A program made the position numbers and the translations under genes. This document shows positions 50,870 through 63,369 of a stretch of 64,000 bases of DNA, one piece after another. The DNA lies in assembly GCA_038087875.1 (NCBI GenBank), contig CM075988.1, forward strand, positions 23,872,001 through 23,936,000, written 5' to 3'. Position 1 is the stretch's first letter, and each line of letters begins with the position of its first letter. This stretch comes from Malacoraja senta. Lineage: Eukaryota. A model generated the notes under the pieces. The model made no database searches. It saw nothing but the letters and a program-made list of their open reading frames with translations, and was not told the DNA's origin.

Positions 50870-51507
50870 CTATTGTCTGTTGTCTGTTGTTTATTGTCTG
50901 TTGTCTGTTGTCTATTGTCTGTTGTCTATTGTCTGTTGTCTATTGTCTATTGTCTGTTGTCTATTGTCTGTTGTCTGTTGTCTATTGTCTATTGTCTATT
51001 GTCTGTTGTCTGTTGTCTATGGTCTATGGTCTATGGTCTATGGTCTATGGTCTATGGTCTATGGTCTGTGGTCTGTGGTCTGTGGTCTGTGGTCTGTGGT
51101 CTGTTGTCTGTTGTCTGTTGTCTACTGTCTGTTGTCTGTTGTCTATTGTCTATTGTCTGTTGTCTGTTGTCTGTTGTCTGTTGTCTGTTGTCTGTTGTCT
51201 GTTGTCTGTTGTCTGTTGTCTGTTGTCTGTTGTCTGTTGTCTATTGTCTATTGTCTGTTGTCTGTTGTCTGTTGTCTGTTGTCTATGGTCTATGGTCTAT
51301 GGTCTATGGTCTATGGTCTATGGTCTATGGTCTATGGTCTATGGTCTATGGTCTATGGTCTATGGTCTATGGTCTATGGTCTATGGTCTATGGTCTATGG
51401 TCTATGGTCTATGGTCTATGGTCTATGGTCTATGGTCTATGGTCTATGGTCTATGGTCTATGGTCTGTTGTCTATTGTCTATTGTCTATTGTCTGTTGTC
51501 TATTGTC
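50870..51507 (+). repeat. 7-bp minisatellite (TATTGTC/TGTTGTC/TATGGTC/TGTGGTC) expanded from a CR1 tail
   Basis: Directly follows the CR1 3' UTR at ~50772-50870; about 90 heptamers. Confidence 0.95.
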
Positions 51508-51610
51508 TTCATCAGTGTAACACTTTGTCAGCATTGCACTGGGAATGATGGTTTGGACTTTGTGGTCTTTGGATTGGAACTTTAACACGCAAATTAATAG
51601 GCAGCTAAAA

Positions 51611-51854
51611 AGGGCCTGTCCCACTCGGACGATTTTTTTCCGGTGACTGCCAGCGCCATATCAGTGTCGGCAAAAGATTTTTTGAACATTTTCAAAATCC
51701 AGCGGCGACAAAAAAATGTTGCGACACTTGAGAAAACACCGCCCGTCAATACGTCGTCGCGCCACGTCACCGCCGCAAATTTTTCGGCGGCCCGATACGT
51801 CAGTCAACGATGCCGGCAGTCGCCCCGAAAAAATCGCCAAGTGGGACAGGCCCT
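51611..51854. mobile_element. Harbinger-type MITE, second internal type (fragments also at ~22019-22150, 52140-52315, 61021-61115)
   Basis: TIR AGGGCCTGTCCCACT / AGTGGGACAGGCCCT; CpG-rich interior; TSD not clean. Confidence 0.7.
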
Positions 51855-52681
51855 TATCAGTCCTTCTGTTGAATCGGCCTTTAGAGAAGTTAAAAAAAAA
51901 AATCGTATTCATTGCCAGGATATAGACGTCACTGACAAGGCAAGCACGTACTGCCTATCTGTAGTCCTGCTTGATAAAGGAACGATGATGACCTGCTGCC
52001 TTGAGCCCATGTGGTGATAACGTCCCTGGTGTTGCCGGGCGGGAGTCCCAGCATTCTCACCACTCTTTGGTTCAGTTTAGTTTAGTTCAGAGATACAGCG
52101 TGGAAGCCGACCCTTCGGCCCACCGAGTCCACATCGCGGGGTGCCTGACGCCTGTTTGGGGGGGGGGCGAGTAGTCGCCCAAAGAGTCGTACCTTTTTTT
52201 TTTCTGGTCGCCGCTGGATTTTCGACCCGTTTGAAAGTTTTCGGCCGACCCGCTGGCGACTATGACGGGTGCCGGCAAGTCGCCGGGAAACAATCGCGTA
52301 AGTGGGACAGGCCCTTGAGGGAGTTAGGGAGGCTGGATTTGTCCAATGAAGCAAAATAGCGTGCGGTGGGAGCGGCATCTCACTGGCTGATAGTTTCTGC
52401 TCCCTGCCTCTTTACTCAGCAAACAGACGCTGAACTTGAACATGTTTGCTAAAAAACCCTGTCCGTGTTCTGTCGCCACAGCAACCGCCACTTCCTCGGC
52501 CTCTTGTACTTCTTAGCAGAGCAGGAGTAGCAACTGGGGTGTGTCTGTTGATTGGCACAGCCTTGCTGGGCTGTTTCATGCCCGATAGACTATGGAATGA
52601 GAACTACAGTGTCGAGGTGTATTCCATCACATCTCTCTACATCACCGTCTATATCTCTCGTCTCCCTCTCCCCTGACTCTC

Positions 52682-52715
52682 AGTCTGAAGAAGGGCCTCG
52701 ACCCGAAACGTCACT
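52682..52715 (+). ncRNA. Minimal hammerhead ribozyme motif with 3-bp stem I (AGT/ACT)
   Basis: AGT-CTGAAGA-A-GGG CCTCGA CCC-GAAA-CG-TC-ACT. Confidence 0.7.
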
Positions 52716-54039
52716 CATTCCTTCTCTCCAGAGATGCTGCCTGACCCGCTGAGTTACTCCAGCATTTTGTGTCTATCTTTGGCCATTTGATACATTTGGT
52801 CATTCCACGGTTTATGCTTCACTGTTATTCCTTCATCTAAAGCCACCATCCTTCATTTCTTCTTCATTTACTTATCTAGGTTCCGATTAAATGCACCAAC
52901 TCTATACTTCTCAGCTACTCAACATAGTAATATTCCCACCGCTCTTTAGTTAAAGTTTCTTCAGGAGTTTCCGCTGGATTTATCCATGGTGTGTGCCATG
53001 TATTTATTTATACATCGCTCCAAATTCCGGGCCCTTGCGCAAGAGGAAGCCGCCACCTCGTTCGAACCAATTTTGAAACTCAAAGACCTTTATCAGAGAC
53101 TTGCAGAGAATGAGGCCCTTCGGCCAAACCTGTCCATGCTGGCCAAGTTGCCCAACCCAGCATGTCCTGTGTGCCCGGCCTCTATTTCAACCTTTCCTGT
53201 GTAGGAAGGAACTGCAGGTGCTGGTTTACACCGAAGACAGACACAAAATGCTGGAGTAACTCAGCGGAACAGGCAGCGTCTCTGGATAGAAGGAATGGGT
53301 GACGTTACAAATCGGGACTGAAGAAGGGTCCCGACTCGAAACGTCACCCATTCCTTCTCTCCAGAGATGCTGCCTGTTCCACTGAGTTACACCAGCATTT
53401 TGTGCCTATCTTCGGTGTAAACCCTTCCTATTAGTTTAGTTTAGATACAGCGTGGATATTCAATATGATCATGGCTGATCATCCAAAATCAGTACCCTGT
53501 TCCTGCTTTCTCCCCATATCTCCATAAGTGTTGCATCTTAAACCTCTGCCTCTAGCCTGGGGAATATACTGTTGCTGTTTACCTTGTCTATGCCTCTCAT
53601 GACATCCTAAACTTCTGAGGTCACCCCACAGCTTCTGAGACTCTAGGAACGTTATATAATCTATCCAGCCTCTTCTTCCTCGTGTCCGGCCATCTTCCAT
53701 ACCACGTCTTTCCGGTCGGTCAGTGACGGTTGACGGTCGGTGGTTGCAGAATTGGCTACTTCAGTCAGTCACTGTGGTACAGTTTCTGTCGTCAGCATTG
53801 CCCGGGATGCACCACGCGGAGGCTTCTGCTTGCATCCCAGCCTCTCCTTTTAATCTAACCCTTCAAACCCAATAATATTCCCATGCACCCTTCCCAGTGT
53901 AAGGACATTCTTGCTGTAGCAGGGTGACCAAGACGACTGAGTATCCCCAAATGTGGTTTACTGTTGTCTTGTTGAGCTCTAACATTATGTTTCAAATCAA
54001 TGCCCTGATTGTCCTTCACCACCCTGTCTACCTGCAAGG

Positions 54040-54415
54040 GCCAGGAAGCGAGCGGGCAAGATGATCTCTGACCCCTCTCACCCTGGCCACAAACTCTTTG
54101 AATCACTTCCCTCTGGAAGGCGACTCCGGACTGTCAAAGCTGCCACAGCCAGACATAAAAACAGTTTTTATCCACGAGTAGTTGCTCCACTCAACAGCCA
54201 AAAATCTGTAGCCTCCCTTTGATCTGGTATTTTGTTGGTTCACATGCTTGATCAATGGTGTTTTATCATTAATGTTTTATTATTATTAATGTTTAGTGTT
54301 TTCTGAGTCATTCGTAACTGTCACTGTATGTCATGTTGTTACTTGTGGGTGGAGCACCAAGGCAAATTCCTTGTATGTGAATACTTGGCCAATAAACTTA
54401 CTTACTTAACTTACT
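54040..54415 (+). mobile_element. Rex1/Babar LINE 3' fragment
   Basis: SDPSHPGHKLFESLPSGRRLRTVKAATARHKNSFYPRVVAPLN; tail CAATAAA(CTTA)n; same tail inverted at ~27510-27595. Confidence 0.8.
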
Positions 54416-55878
54416 TGCCTGTGTCACTGCTTCCATGGGACTATGTACTGTTCTCGTTCAGCTGGCAGTACTTCTACCACCCTCTCTACTGCCCTTTTAT
54501 TCTGAGGCTGTGCCCTCTTGTCCTAGACTCTCCCTCGTGTGGAAGCATCTTGCCACATCCGCTCTATCCAGACCTATTTGGTAAGTTTCAACAAGGTCCT
54601 CCTTCAGAAGAGTGAGAGTCTGGGACCAGAGGCCGCAGCCTCAGTATTAACGGACGCACCTTTATAAAGGAAATGAGGAGGAATATCTTTAGTCGCAGGG
54701 CGATGAATCTGTGCAATTCATCGCCACAGAAAGCTGTGGAGGCCAAGTCAATGGATATTTTTACGGCGTAGATTGCTTAGACAATAGACAATAGGTGCAG
54801 GAGTAGGCCATTCGGCCCTTCGAGCCAGCACCGCCATTCAAAATGATCATGGCTGATCATCCCCAATCAGTACCCCGTTCCTGCCTTCTCCCCATATCCC
54901 CTATTTTTAAGAGCCCTATCTAGCTCTCTCTTGAAAGCTTAGTACGGGTGTCGGGGGTTATGGGGAGAAGGCAGGAGAATGGGGTTTGGAGGGAAAGCTG
55001 GATCTGTCACGAATGAATGGCGGAGTAGACTTGGTGGGCCGACTGGCCTAATTCTGCTCCTATAACCTATGAACTAAATTACAGGGATTCCAGGCTCAGT
55101 GCTGTCAAATGCTCCATGCATGTATTGTTGCATGCACTTGTAGTGAGTATCACAGGGTGGAGAGGTGAATTCATGAAACCATTCTGGCCCTTGTCTTGTG
55201 TATCCGTACACGGCTCATTTGTAATCATGTATTGTCTTTCTGCTGACTGGTTAGCACGCAACAAAAGCTTTTCACCAACCTGGCAATAAACTAAAATAAC
55301 AACTTAACTGAACCGAACTGAATTCATGCTGCTGGAACCCTTTATCTTAAACCAGTAAAAAAGTGCAACATTCTAGGAAGCTTGTATCTGCGGAGAGGGT
55401 GACAAGGGGTTAATGGGTGACCATTGCTATTTTTTACTCTGCAGAAGCAATTGCAGCAATTTTCGAGTTTTATTTCAGTCTTGCAGTGTTTCTCATTTTG
55501 AACGTCCCCTGCAGCTCAGTGCCCACCGCAAGCCCGCCGTGTAATTAGACATCAGTCCCGGGACTCGGGAGATGCTGCAAGTTGGATGTGTTGATACCAT
55601 TGAAACCCCTTCTGGCCATCCAGAGCCGGACGTTCGTTTCAGAGATATTAACTCTCCTCTTTATTGGCCTGTGAGAGTCCCTTCCGCAAATCCACGCACC
55701 TCCAGGGGTAGAGAGGGATGGTTCGGAGCCTTTAAGTTAATGAAGCTGGAGTTTCAGAGAGAGAGAGAGAGAGGGAGAGGGAGAGAGAGAGAGACACAGA
55801 GAGAGACACAGAGAGAGAGGGAGAGAGACTGTGAGTTTGTGCGGTAGCAGCCTTGGTCTGGCAGGGCGGCCAGCCATC

Positions 55879-55915
55879 ATGTTGGCCAGTCGGCTGCACA
55901 GTCGGGGAGCCAGCG
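55879..55915 (+). CDS. Candidate coding part of an alternative first exon (MLASRLHSRGAS, phase 1)
   Basis: GCCATCATG context, open to donor GCG|GTGAGC at 55915/55916; preceded by a (GA)n tract and CpG-richer unique DNA, as at exon 1. Confidence 0.35.
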
Positions 55916-56812
55916 GTGAGCCTGGTTCGGCACAGGCGGTGAGGGAAGCAGGAAGGCTGATCACACCACGGCTATTTTGGGAGTCTGTGCTAGCTGTGGA
56001 ATGTGCTGCTGATGTCATTTACTACAGCAAGAATGGAACAGATGGTGTGGGGTGAAGAGCAGACAGGACTGGGACCAACTGGGTGGATTTAACTCCTTCC
56101 ATTTCAGTCTGCATCAGATGCGTATGTCTGTGATCTGCCTACCGCTTACTGCCTATTTAATGCAACAGCTAACCATGGCCTCTTTCCTTTCTCAAGGTTA
56201 CTTTTATGTATATCTTCCATTTGTTTCTTCTATCTCTCAATATCACCGTCCATATCTCTAATTTTCCCTCTCCCCTGAAACATATAAGATTGTTAAGGGT
56301 TTGGACACGCTAGAGGCAGGAAACATGTTCCCGATGTTGGGGGGAGTCCAGAACCAGGGGCCACAGTTTAAGAATAAGGAGTAAGCCATTTAGAACGGAG
56401 ACGAGGAAACACTTTTTCTCACAGAGAGTGGTGAGTCTGTGGAATTCTCTGCCTCAGAGGGCGGTGGAGGCAGGTTCTCTGGATGCTTTCAAGAGAGAGC
56501 TAGATAGGGCTCTTAAAAATAGCGGAGTCAGGGGATATGGGGAGAAGGCAGGAACGGGTACTGATTGGGGATGGTCAGCCATGATCACATTGAATGGCGG
56601 TGCTGGCTCGAAGGGCCAAATGGCCTACTCCTGCACCTATTGTCTATTGTCTATTGACTATTGACTCTTCTTCTTGCGTACGGCGTGCACAGCCTAAAGT
56701 TGTAGGACAACTTGTTCTATTTGATCTTATTTGATTGTGCACGCCGGGTTGATTGCATTCGTCGAAACAGGGGCGGACCACGTGAAGGTTGCAATCTCCC
56801 AGCCTGACCTTC

Positions 56813-56846
56813 GGTCTGAAGAAGGGTGTCGACCCGAAACGTCACC
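56813..56846 (+). ncRNA. Minimal hammerhead ribozyme motif with stem I GGT/ACC
   Basis: GGT-CTGAAGA-A-GGGT GTCG ACCC-GAAA-CG-TC-ACC. Confidence 0.7.
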
Positions 56847-58179
56847 TATTCCCCCTCCCCAGAGATGCTGCCGCCTGATCCGCGGAGTTACTCCCGCTTT
56901 TTTGTGTCTAAAATATCTCGCTTCTGCATTTCTCCTTGTGCTTGGGATAAATGTCCCAAGGTGCTTCACGGAAGTGCTGTTAAATAAACGTTGACACGGA
57001 GGAGGAAGTAAGGTGCACGGTGACGTAACATGTATTTTAATGAAAGACGGCGTTATTCAGTGAAGCAATCCCAGAGCTGCTGAAGGCACAGCCACAGTTA
57101 GTGGAGCCTGCCCCCGAAGACATTGGGGATGTGCGCGAAGGCAGAATTGCCTCTGGGAGGGCTGGTTGATGGACAAGATTAGGAAGTGCAAGGCTACGGA
57201 AGGGTCTGATGTCAAAAGAAGGAACACTTTAGTGCTGAGCCTGTCTGAACAGTAGGCGAAGCCAGAAAAATGTATAGGCCTTTTGCACTTTGACCCTTCC
57301 ACGCACTGACACTCCCACCCTGGAAACTTGAACACATATTTGAGGCTGTTACCCGCTGAATATTATTTATGGAATGCTGCCATCAGGAGGAAGTCACAGG
57401 TGCGTGAGCGCCATTGCCTCAAGGTTCAAGAACTGCTTCTTCCCATCAAACACCACGTTCTCGGTCCAAACCCTAACCTCAAACCATTTGAACCGCGCGG
57501 GATTCTCCACTACTCTGATTGCTCCAAGCACTTCAGTTTTTCATTGGTTCATAAGTCATAGGAGCAGAATTAGGCCATTCAGCCCATCGAGTCTCAGTCA
57601 TAGCTGATCTATTTTTCACTCTCAACCCCATTCCCCCGCCTTCTGCCCATAACCAATCAAGTATTTGTCAATCTCTACCTTAAAAAGCAGCCATTGACTT
57701 GGCCTCCACAGCCGTCTGTGGCAATGAGTTCCACAAGTCAAGTCACTTTTATTTCTATAGCACATTTAAAAAACAACTCTCGTTGGCCAAAGTGCTTCAC
57801 ATTGGTGGAGATACTAACGTTATACAACAGTGGTTCATAGATTAGGTACATACATAAATACATACATATAGCCCTCCCTCAGAGGACCACAGGTTCACCA
57901 CAGGTTTTTGCATCACTTTGGTCTGGTTCACTTGGCGAAACTGGCCATTTATTGTACATTTTATTGTTGTTGCATCTAATATGCCCGTAAACCTGCAGCA
58001 GGTAAGAATTTTATTGTTCCCAGAAAAATCACTCCGCAGATCAGCGGGCATGGATTCACGATGAGGTGGAAGATATGTAGAGGGGATACAAGAGAGACCA
58101 TCTCACCTTCCCACCCTAAGAGTGGCCAGTACGTGGAACGCACGGCCTGTGAGAGAGTGTGGTGGAAGCTAGGGATAAC

Positions 58180-58546
58180 AGACAATAGACAATAGGTGCA
58201 GGAGTAGGCCATTCGGCCCTTTGAGCCAGCACCGCCATTCAATGTGATTATGGCTGATCATCCCCAATCAGTACCCCGTTCCTGCCTTCTCCCCATATCC
58301 CCTGACTCCGCTATTTTTAAGAGCCCTATCTAGCTCTCTCTTGAAAGCATCCAGAGAACCTGCCTCCACCGCCCTCTGAGGCAGAGAATTCCACAGACTC
58401 ACCACTCTCTGTGAGAAAAAGTGTTTCCTCGTCTCCGTTCTAAATGGCTTACTCCTTATTCTTAAGCTGTGGCCCTGGTTCTGGACTCCCCCAACATCGG
58501 GAACATGTTTCCTGCCTCTAGCGTGCCCAAACCCTTAACAATCTTC
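58180..58546 (-). mobile_element. CR1 LINE 3' fragment
   Basis: Reverse complement of the young CR1 3' end; AGACAATAGACAAT tail. Confidence 0.9.
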
Positions 58547-59322
58547 TGAAGATGTGAATCCATGAGGCAGGGAAGGCAATGGACCAAGTGCTGCGAGACA
58601 GGTTTAATACTGAAGGCTGCTCTCTGGTCAATGTGAACGGTTTGAGTTAGAGTCCTAGAGTGCTGCAGTGTGGAAACAGGCCCTTCGCCCAACTTGTACA
58701 AGGCCGATCGGGATGCCCCTGCCAACCTAGTCCATTTAAGCTGGAAAGAGTGTAGAGAGAGGATGTGGCCAGGACTGGCCATTTCCTACGAAACCTTTCC
58801 CATTCATGTACTGTTTAAGAAGGAACTGCAGATGCTGGAACAATCGAAGGTAGACAAAAATGCTGGAGAAACTCAGCGGGTGAGGCAGCTTCTATGGAGC
58901 GAAGGAATAGGTGACGTCGCCTATTCCTTCGCTCCATAGATGCTTTCCGGGTCTCGACCCGAAACATCACCTATTCCTTCGCTCCATAGATGCTGCCTCA
59001 CCCGCTGAGTTTCTCCAGCATTTTTGTCCACCATCAATGCGCCAATCTGTTAAATGTTGTTATTAGTACTGGTGCTGACTCGAAGGGCCGAATGGCCTAC
59101 TCCTGCACCTATTGTCTACCTGTCTCATTTACTTCATCTGGCGACACGTTCCAGACACCCACCACCGTCTGAAAAAGTTGCCGCTCTGGTTCCTGTTCAA
59201 TCTTTCCCCTCCCACCTTAAACCTGTGGCCTCCAGTCCTTCCTCCTCCTACCTGTCTCCTCTCGTGTTATTATACACCCCTGTAAGATCACCCTCCCAGC
59301 CTCCTGCACTGCAAGAGATTAA

Positions 59323-59646
59323 AATCCCTGTCCCAACGGTGCGAGTTCATTCCAAGAGCTCTCCCGAGTTAAAAAAAAAAATCAAACTGGTGGTAAGCAC
59401 GGAGAATGAACGTAGCGGGTACGTCGGAGCTCGGGGACGTCTCTTAGCGCTAACGGCAGGTACTCGGGAAGACTTGCTAACGGTAGGTAAGCACGGGAAG
59501 ACTCGTGAAGATTTTTCATACATGTTGAAAAATGTCCACGAGAGCCCCGAGTACCGACGAGTGGCCATTACCGTAAATCTCCGAGTTCGAATCAGGGCAA
59601 ACTCGGGAGAGCTCTTGGAATGAACTCGTACCGTGGGACAGGGGTT
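59323..59646. mobile_element. PIF/Harbinger-type MITE, full length
   Basis: TIRs AATCCCTGTCCCA / TGGGACAGGGGTT, TAA TSD on both sides. Confidence 0.85.
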
Positions 59647-59734
59647 TAAGTCCGAGCCTGCTCAACCTCCCCCTCCAGCTCAGCTTCTTGAGTCCTGGCA
59701 ACGTCCTCTCAAATCCCCTCGACACTTTCCAGCT

Positions 59735-59925
59735 TAATATCCTTCTTCCGGAAGCACTTTGATGAGACGACATTGACGAAATCTTTTGCGTGCCTTGAGG
59801 TGCCTGCTATTGGTGACCAGAAGCCTGTTGGAGAGAAGAATCGTTGCTTCCCTGTAGACCAGGAGTTTTGTCCTGGGTCTGAGGTCTTGATGTTTAAATG
59901 CTGTTTTCGTCAAACAGCCATCCAT
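59735..59925 (-). mobile_element. Degenerate RTE-clade LINE ORF fragment
   Basis: AFKHQDLRPRTKLLVYREA...RHLKARKRFRQCRLIKVL resembles the RTE post-RT segment. Confidence 0.55.
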
Positions 59926-60035
59926 GAATGCCCAGCTTTGCAGTGATCATCGCTCTTCAACATTATCTGCTTGGCTTAAATCATTCTGGGACATCCTGGG
60001 TTTACTGTGCAAGGGATTTGTCATACACTGCCTCA

Positions 60036-60368
60036 AGGACCTGTCCCACTGTCCCGAGTTATTCACAAATTCTCCCGAGTTTTTTAAACTCGCAGAATGT
60101 TCGTTACGAGTCCGTAGGAGTCCGTGGATATATCGTAGCGGCTCGTTATGCCAGCCGTGGGAACTCGGGGCATCAGGTAATTCGGGACGTTTTTTCCAGC
60201 CCGATGAAAAATGTCCACGAGTTTAAAAAAATAGCCCCGGGTATCCACGGCTGGCAAAACGAGCCGCTACGATATATCCACGGACTCCTACGGACTCGTT
60301 ACGAACATTCTGCGAGTTTGTAAACTTGGGAGAATTCGTGAATAACTCAGGAAAGTGGGACAGGCCCT
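60036..60368. mobile_element. Harbinger-type MITE with long inverted arms (partial copy at ~27148-27330)
   Basis: TIR AGGACCTGTCCCACT / AGTGGGACAGGCCCT; inverted homology extends ~120 bp inward. Confidence 0.8.
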
Positions 60369-62377
60369 TTAGACTGAACCTTCGCCCAATGTCTAAATGT
60401 TGCTGTTTGGTTTATTATTCCTGGGTCTAATATCTTGCCATCAGGTTTAGAATTGCTACATCGTGAGTGTCTGTCTCGGTTTGATTTACTGAACTTGACA
60501 TCGATGTCTGGCTCTTGGGGTTTCATTTACAAAACTTGGTCCTAGTCTCTAACGTTTAGGCTTTAGTTTATCGTGCTTGTATCCACCGTCTAACTCGGTT
60601 TGGCTGGATGCAATTGAGTCCAGCGTCAGACTGTAGGGGCTTGTTTGATTTATTATATCTACAGCCAAGGTAAGTTTGAGTAATGTATTATTGAATGCCC
60701 TATCCAAGGCGCTGTCTATGTCTCTCTATGGCATTGCCTCTCGGATCTCACCTCATGTTAAACCTCAATTCTGCCAGTCCCTTCGAATAACTTGGGCACT
60801 CTGCTGTGACTGTCCACACTGCTCCTCCTGCAACTCTACCGCTGCGCCACCCACAGCCACAGGTGATGCAGGGTGATGAGTCTAGGGAGGGTGCGGTGGG
60901 TGGAAGTATAGAGAAGATGAGCAAAGGGCACGTGAATGGGGATGCAAGAGACTGGCGAGAATGAGGAAGTAACACTGAGATGCTATTGTCACGTGTACCA
61001 AGGTACAGTGAAAAGCCTCAAGGGCCTGTCCCACTTAGGCGAATTTTTAGGCGACTGCCGGCGACAGTCACAGTCGTAGCGGGACGCCGAAATGGACACA
61101 CCCTACGACAAGCTACGAAGGTAGACAAAATTGCTGGAGAGACTCAGCGGGTGCAGCAGCATCTAAGGAGCGAAGGAAATAGGCAACGTTTCGTGGCCGA
61201 AACCCTTCTTCAGCCTCAAACCCCAAACGTTGCCTATTTCCTTCGCTCCATAGATGCTGCCGCACCCGCTGAGTTTCTCCAGCACTTTTGTCTACCTTCG
61301 ATTTTCCAGCATCTGCAGTTCCTTCTTGAACGGTAATATAATGGAACAGTTAAAGATGAGGTGGAAGGTAGACACAAAATGCTGCAGTAACTCAGCGGGA
61401 CAGGCAGCATCGCCCATTCCTTCTCTCCAGAGATGCTGCCTGTCCCGCTGAGTTACCTTCGGGGTCTCGACCCGAAACGTCCCCCATTTCCTTCTCCCCA
61501 GAGATGCTGCCTGTCCCGCCGAGTTACTCCAGCATTTTGTGTCTACCTTTGATTTCAACCGGCATCTGCAGTTCTTTCTTGCACAAAAGATGAGGGTAGA
61601 CTAGACACGGAGAACAATTTCCACATCCAAAATGGTACTGTGGAATCCACACGGTCAGTTTCTGTGCTGCTGGGATCCAAAAACAAGAACAAGCTTAATA
61701 CCTGTGTAGGAAGGAACTGCAGATGCTGCTTTATACCGAAGATAGACACAAAGTGCTGGTGCAACTCGGCGGGTAGCATCTCTGGAGAGAAAGGATGGAT
61801 GACGTTTTGGGTCGGAACCCTTCTTCAGACTGAAAGTAGGTGGGCCGGGAGGTGGGGGAGTAGAAGGCGGGAGGTAGGAAAAGTAGAGTGGGGGGGGGGG
61901 GTGTGTGAATTGGAGGTAGGAAAGATTTTCTGAGTATGGGCAAGATATGAGTATATGTCTCCCGTTCTCTTCCCCTCCCCACTCTACTCTCAGTCTGAAG
62001 TTCGAAACCGAAACCTTTTTTCTCCAGAGATGCCGCCTTGACCCACTGAGTTACTGCGGTGCTTCGTGCCTATCTCCAGTTAGCTTTAATATGTATTTTA
62101 GGAGGTGGTTGTAAAATATCGGTGCGTTTTCTTTCGGGGGGCCTTCAAGGATTTTATTCTCGATCTAGCGCTGAATCCAGAGCTGATGTTCTGGCTGCTG
62201 GATGGGACATGGGAATAACGGGCTTTGAGATGCACGGCAAGCGGTTGTGAAGGGGCAAGTCTCGGAGCCCGAAGCCGATATTGCGCCTCGCAAATCATTG
62301 ATGATCACATTGATCAGTGTTACTTGAGTTCCAAATCTTTTTGTCTTTCAAATTAACAACCTGGGTCTGGCAAAGGA

Positions 62378-62750
62378 AGTCAAGTCAAGTCAAGTCACTT
62401 TTATTTCTATAGCACAGTTAAAAAACAACTCTCGTTGACCAAAGTGCTTCACATTGGTGGAGATACTAATGTTATACAACAGTGGTTCATGGATTAAGTA
62501 CATACATGAATACATACATATAGCCCTCCCTCAGAGGACGTCAAGAAAGGCTTGAGAGTAAAGATGAGTTTTTAGTCTCGACTTAGAGTCGATGGAGGGG
62601 GAAGTTCTGATGGGAAGAGGGATGCTGTTCCACAGTCTAGGAGCTGCACCGGCAAAGGCGCAGTCGCCCCTGAGCTTATGCCTAGACCGCGGGATGTTCA
62701 GTAACCCCAAGTCGGCCGATCTGAGGGACCTGGAGGTGGTGTGGTGGGTG
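62378..62750 (-). mobile_element. L2-clade LINE 3' fragment (shorter copy at ~57735-57887)
   Basis: RSLRSADLGLLNIPR...GDCAFAGAAPRLWNSIPLPIR...KSRLKTHLY; (CTTGA)n tail. Confidence 0.8.
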
Positions 62751-63369
62751 AGCAGGTTCAGGAACAGCTTCTTCCCTGCGGCTGTTAACACTACTGAACT
62801 CTGCACCTCGGTGATAGCCAGTCACCCCCCTCCCGGACACTCCTTCCCCCTGAAAAATTGCACTACTGATACTGCTGTACATATATATATTTTACTGCTC
62901 ATTATTCCTAAGTTCGCTCTTCTGGGTGAGATGCTAACTACATTTCGTTGTCTCTGTACTGTACACTGCACAATGACAATTCAAGATTGAATTGAATTGA
63001 ATTGAATTGAATTTTGACTTTTGAGGAAAATGGGTATACGTTGGTGTCAGGACGGTGAGATGTTGAGGCCACAGATGAATTGCTAACGCCAGGCAGCTAG
63101 CTGGCTCTCTTTAGCTTCACACTCACACACTGGAGTCTCTGGGAGCAGAGAATAGCACTCAAATCAGTCACATCAGGTAACGCAAAATTAATGAGCTGCT
63201 GTTTGCAAAACTCCGGGGCCTTGGTAATAGCTGTTTAGCACCTCCTGCCTGTTATGCCATCGATCGGAATGCCTCTGCTCTCCCTCCAAGCAGATCTTTA
63301 TCTAATTGGGCCCTGGTGTGATTCTGAAGGGGCACACACTCCTACGAAGAAAGGGAGGCTGAGAACAGA

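Noticed and set aside
50798..51585. 240-252 aa Cys/Leu/Val-rich ORFs in all three frames
   Set aside because: Translation of a stop-free 7-bp tandem repeat
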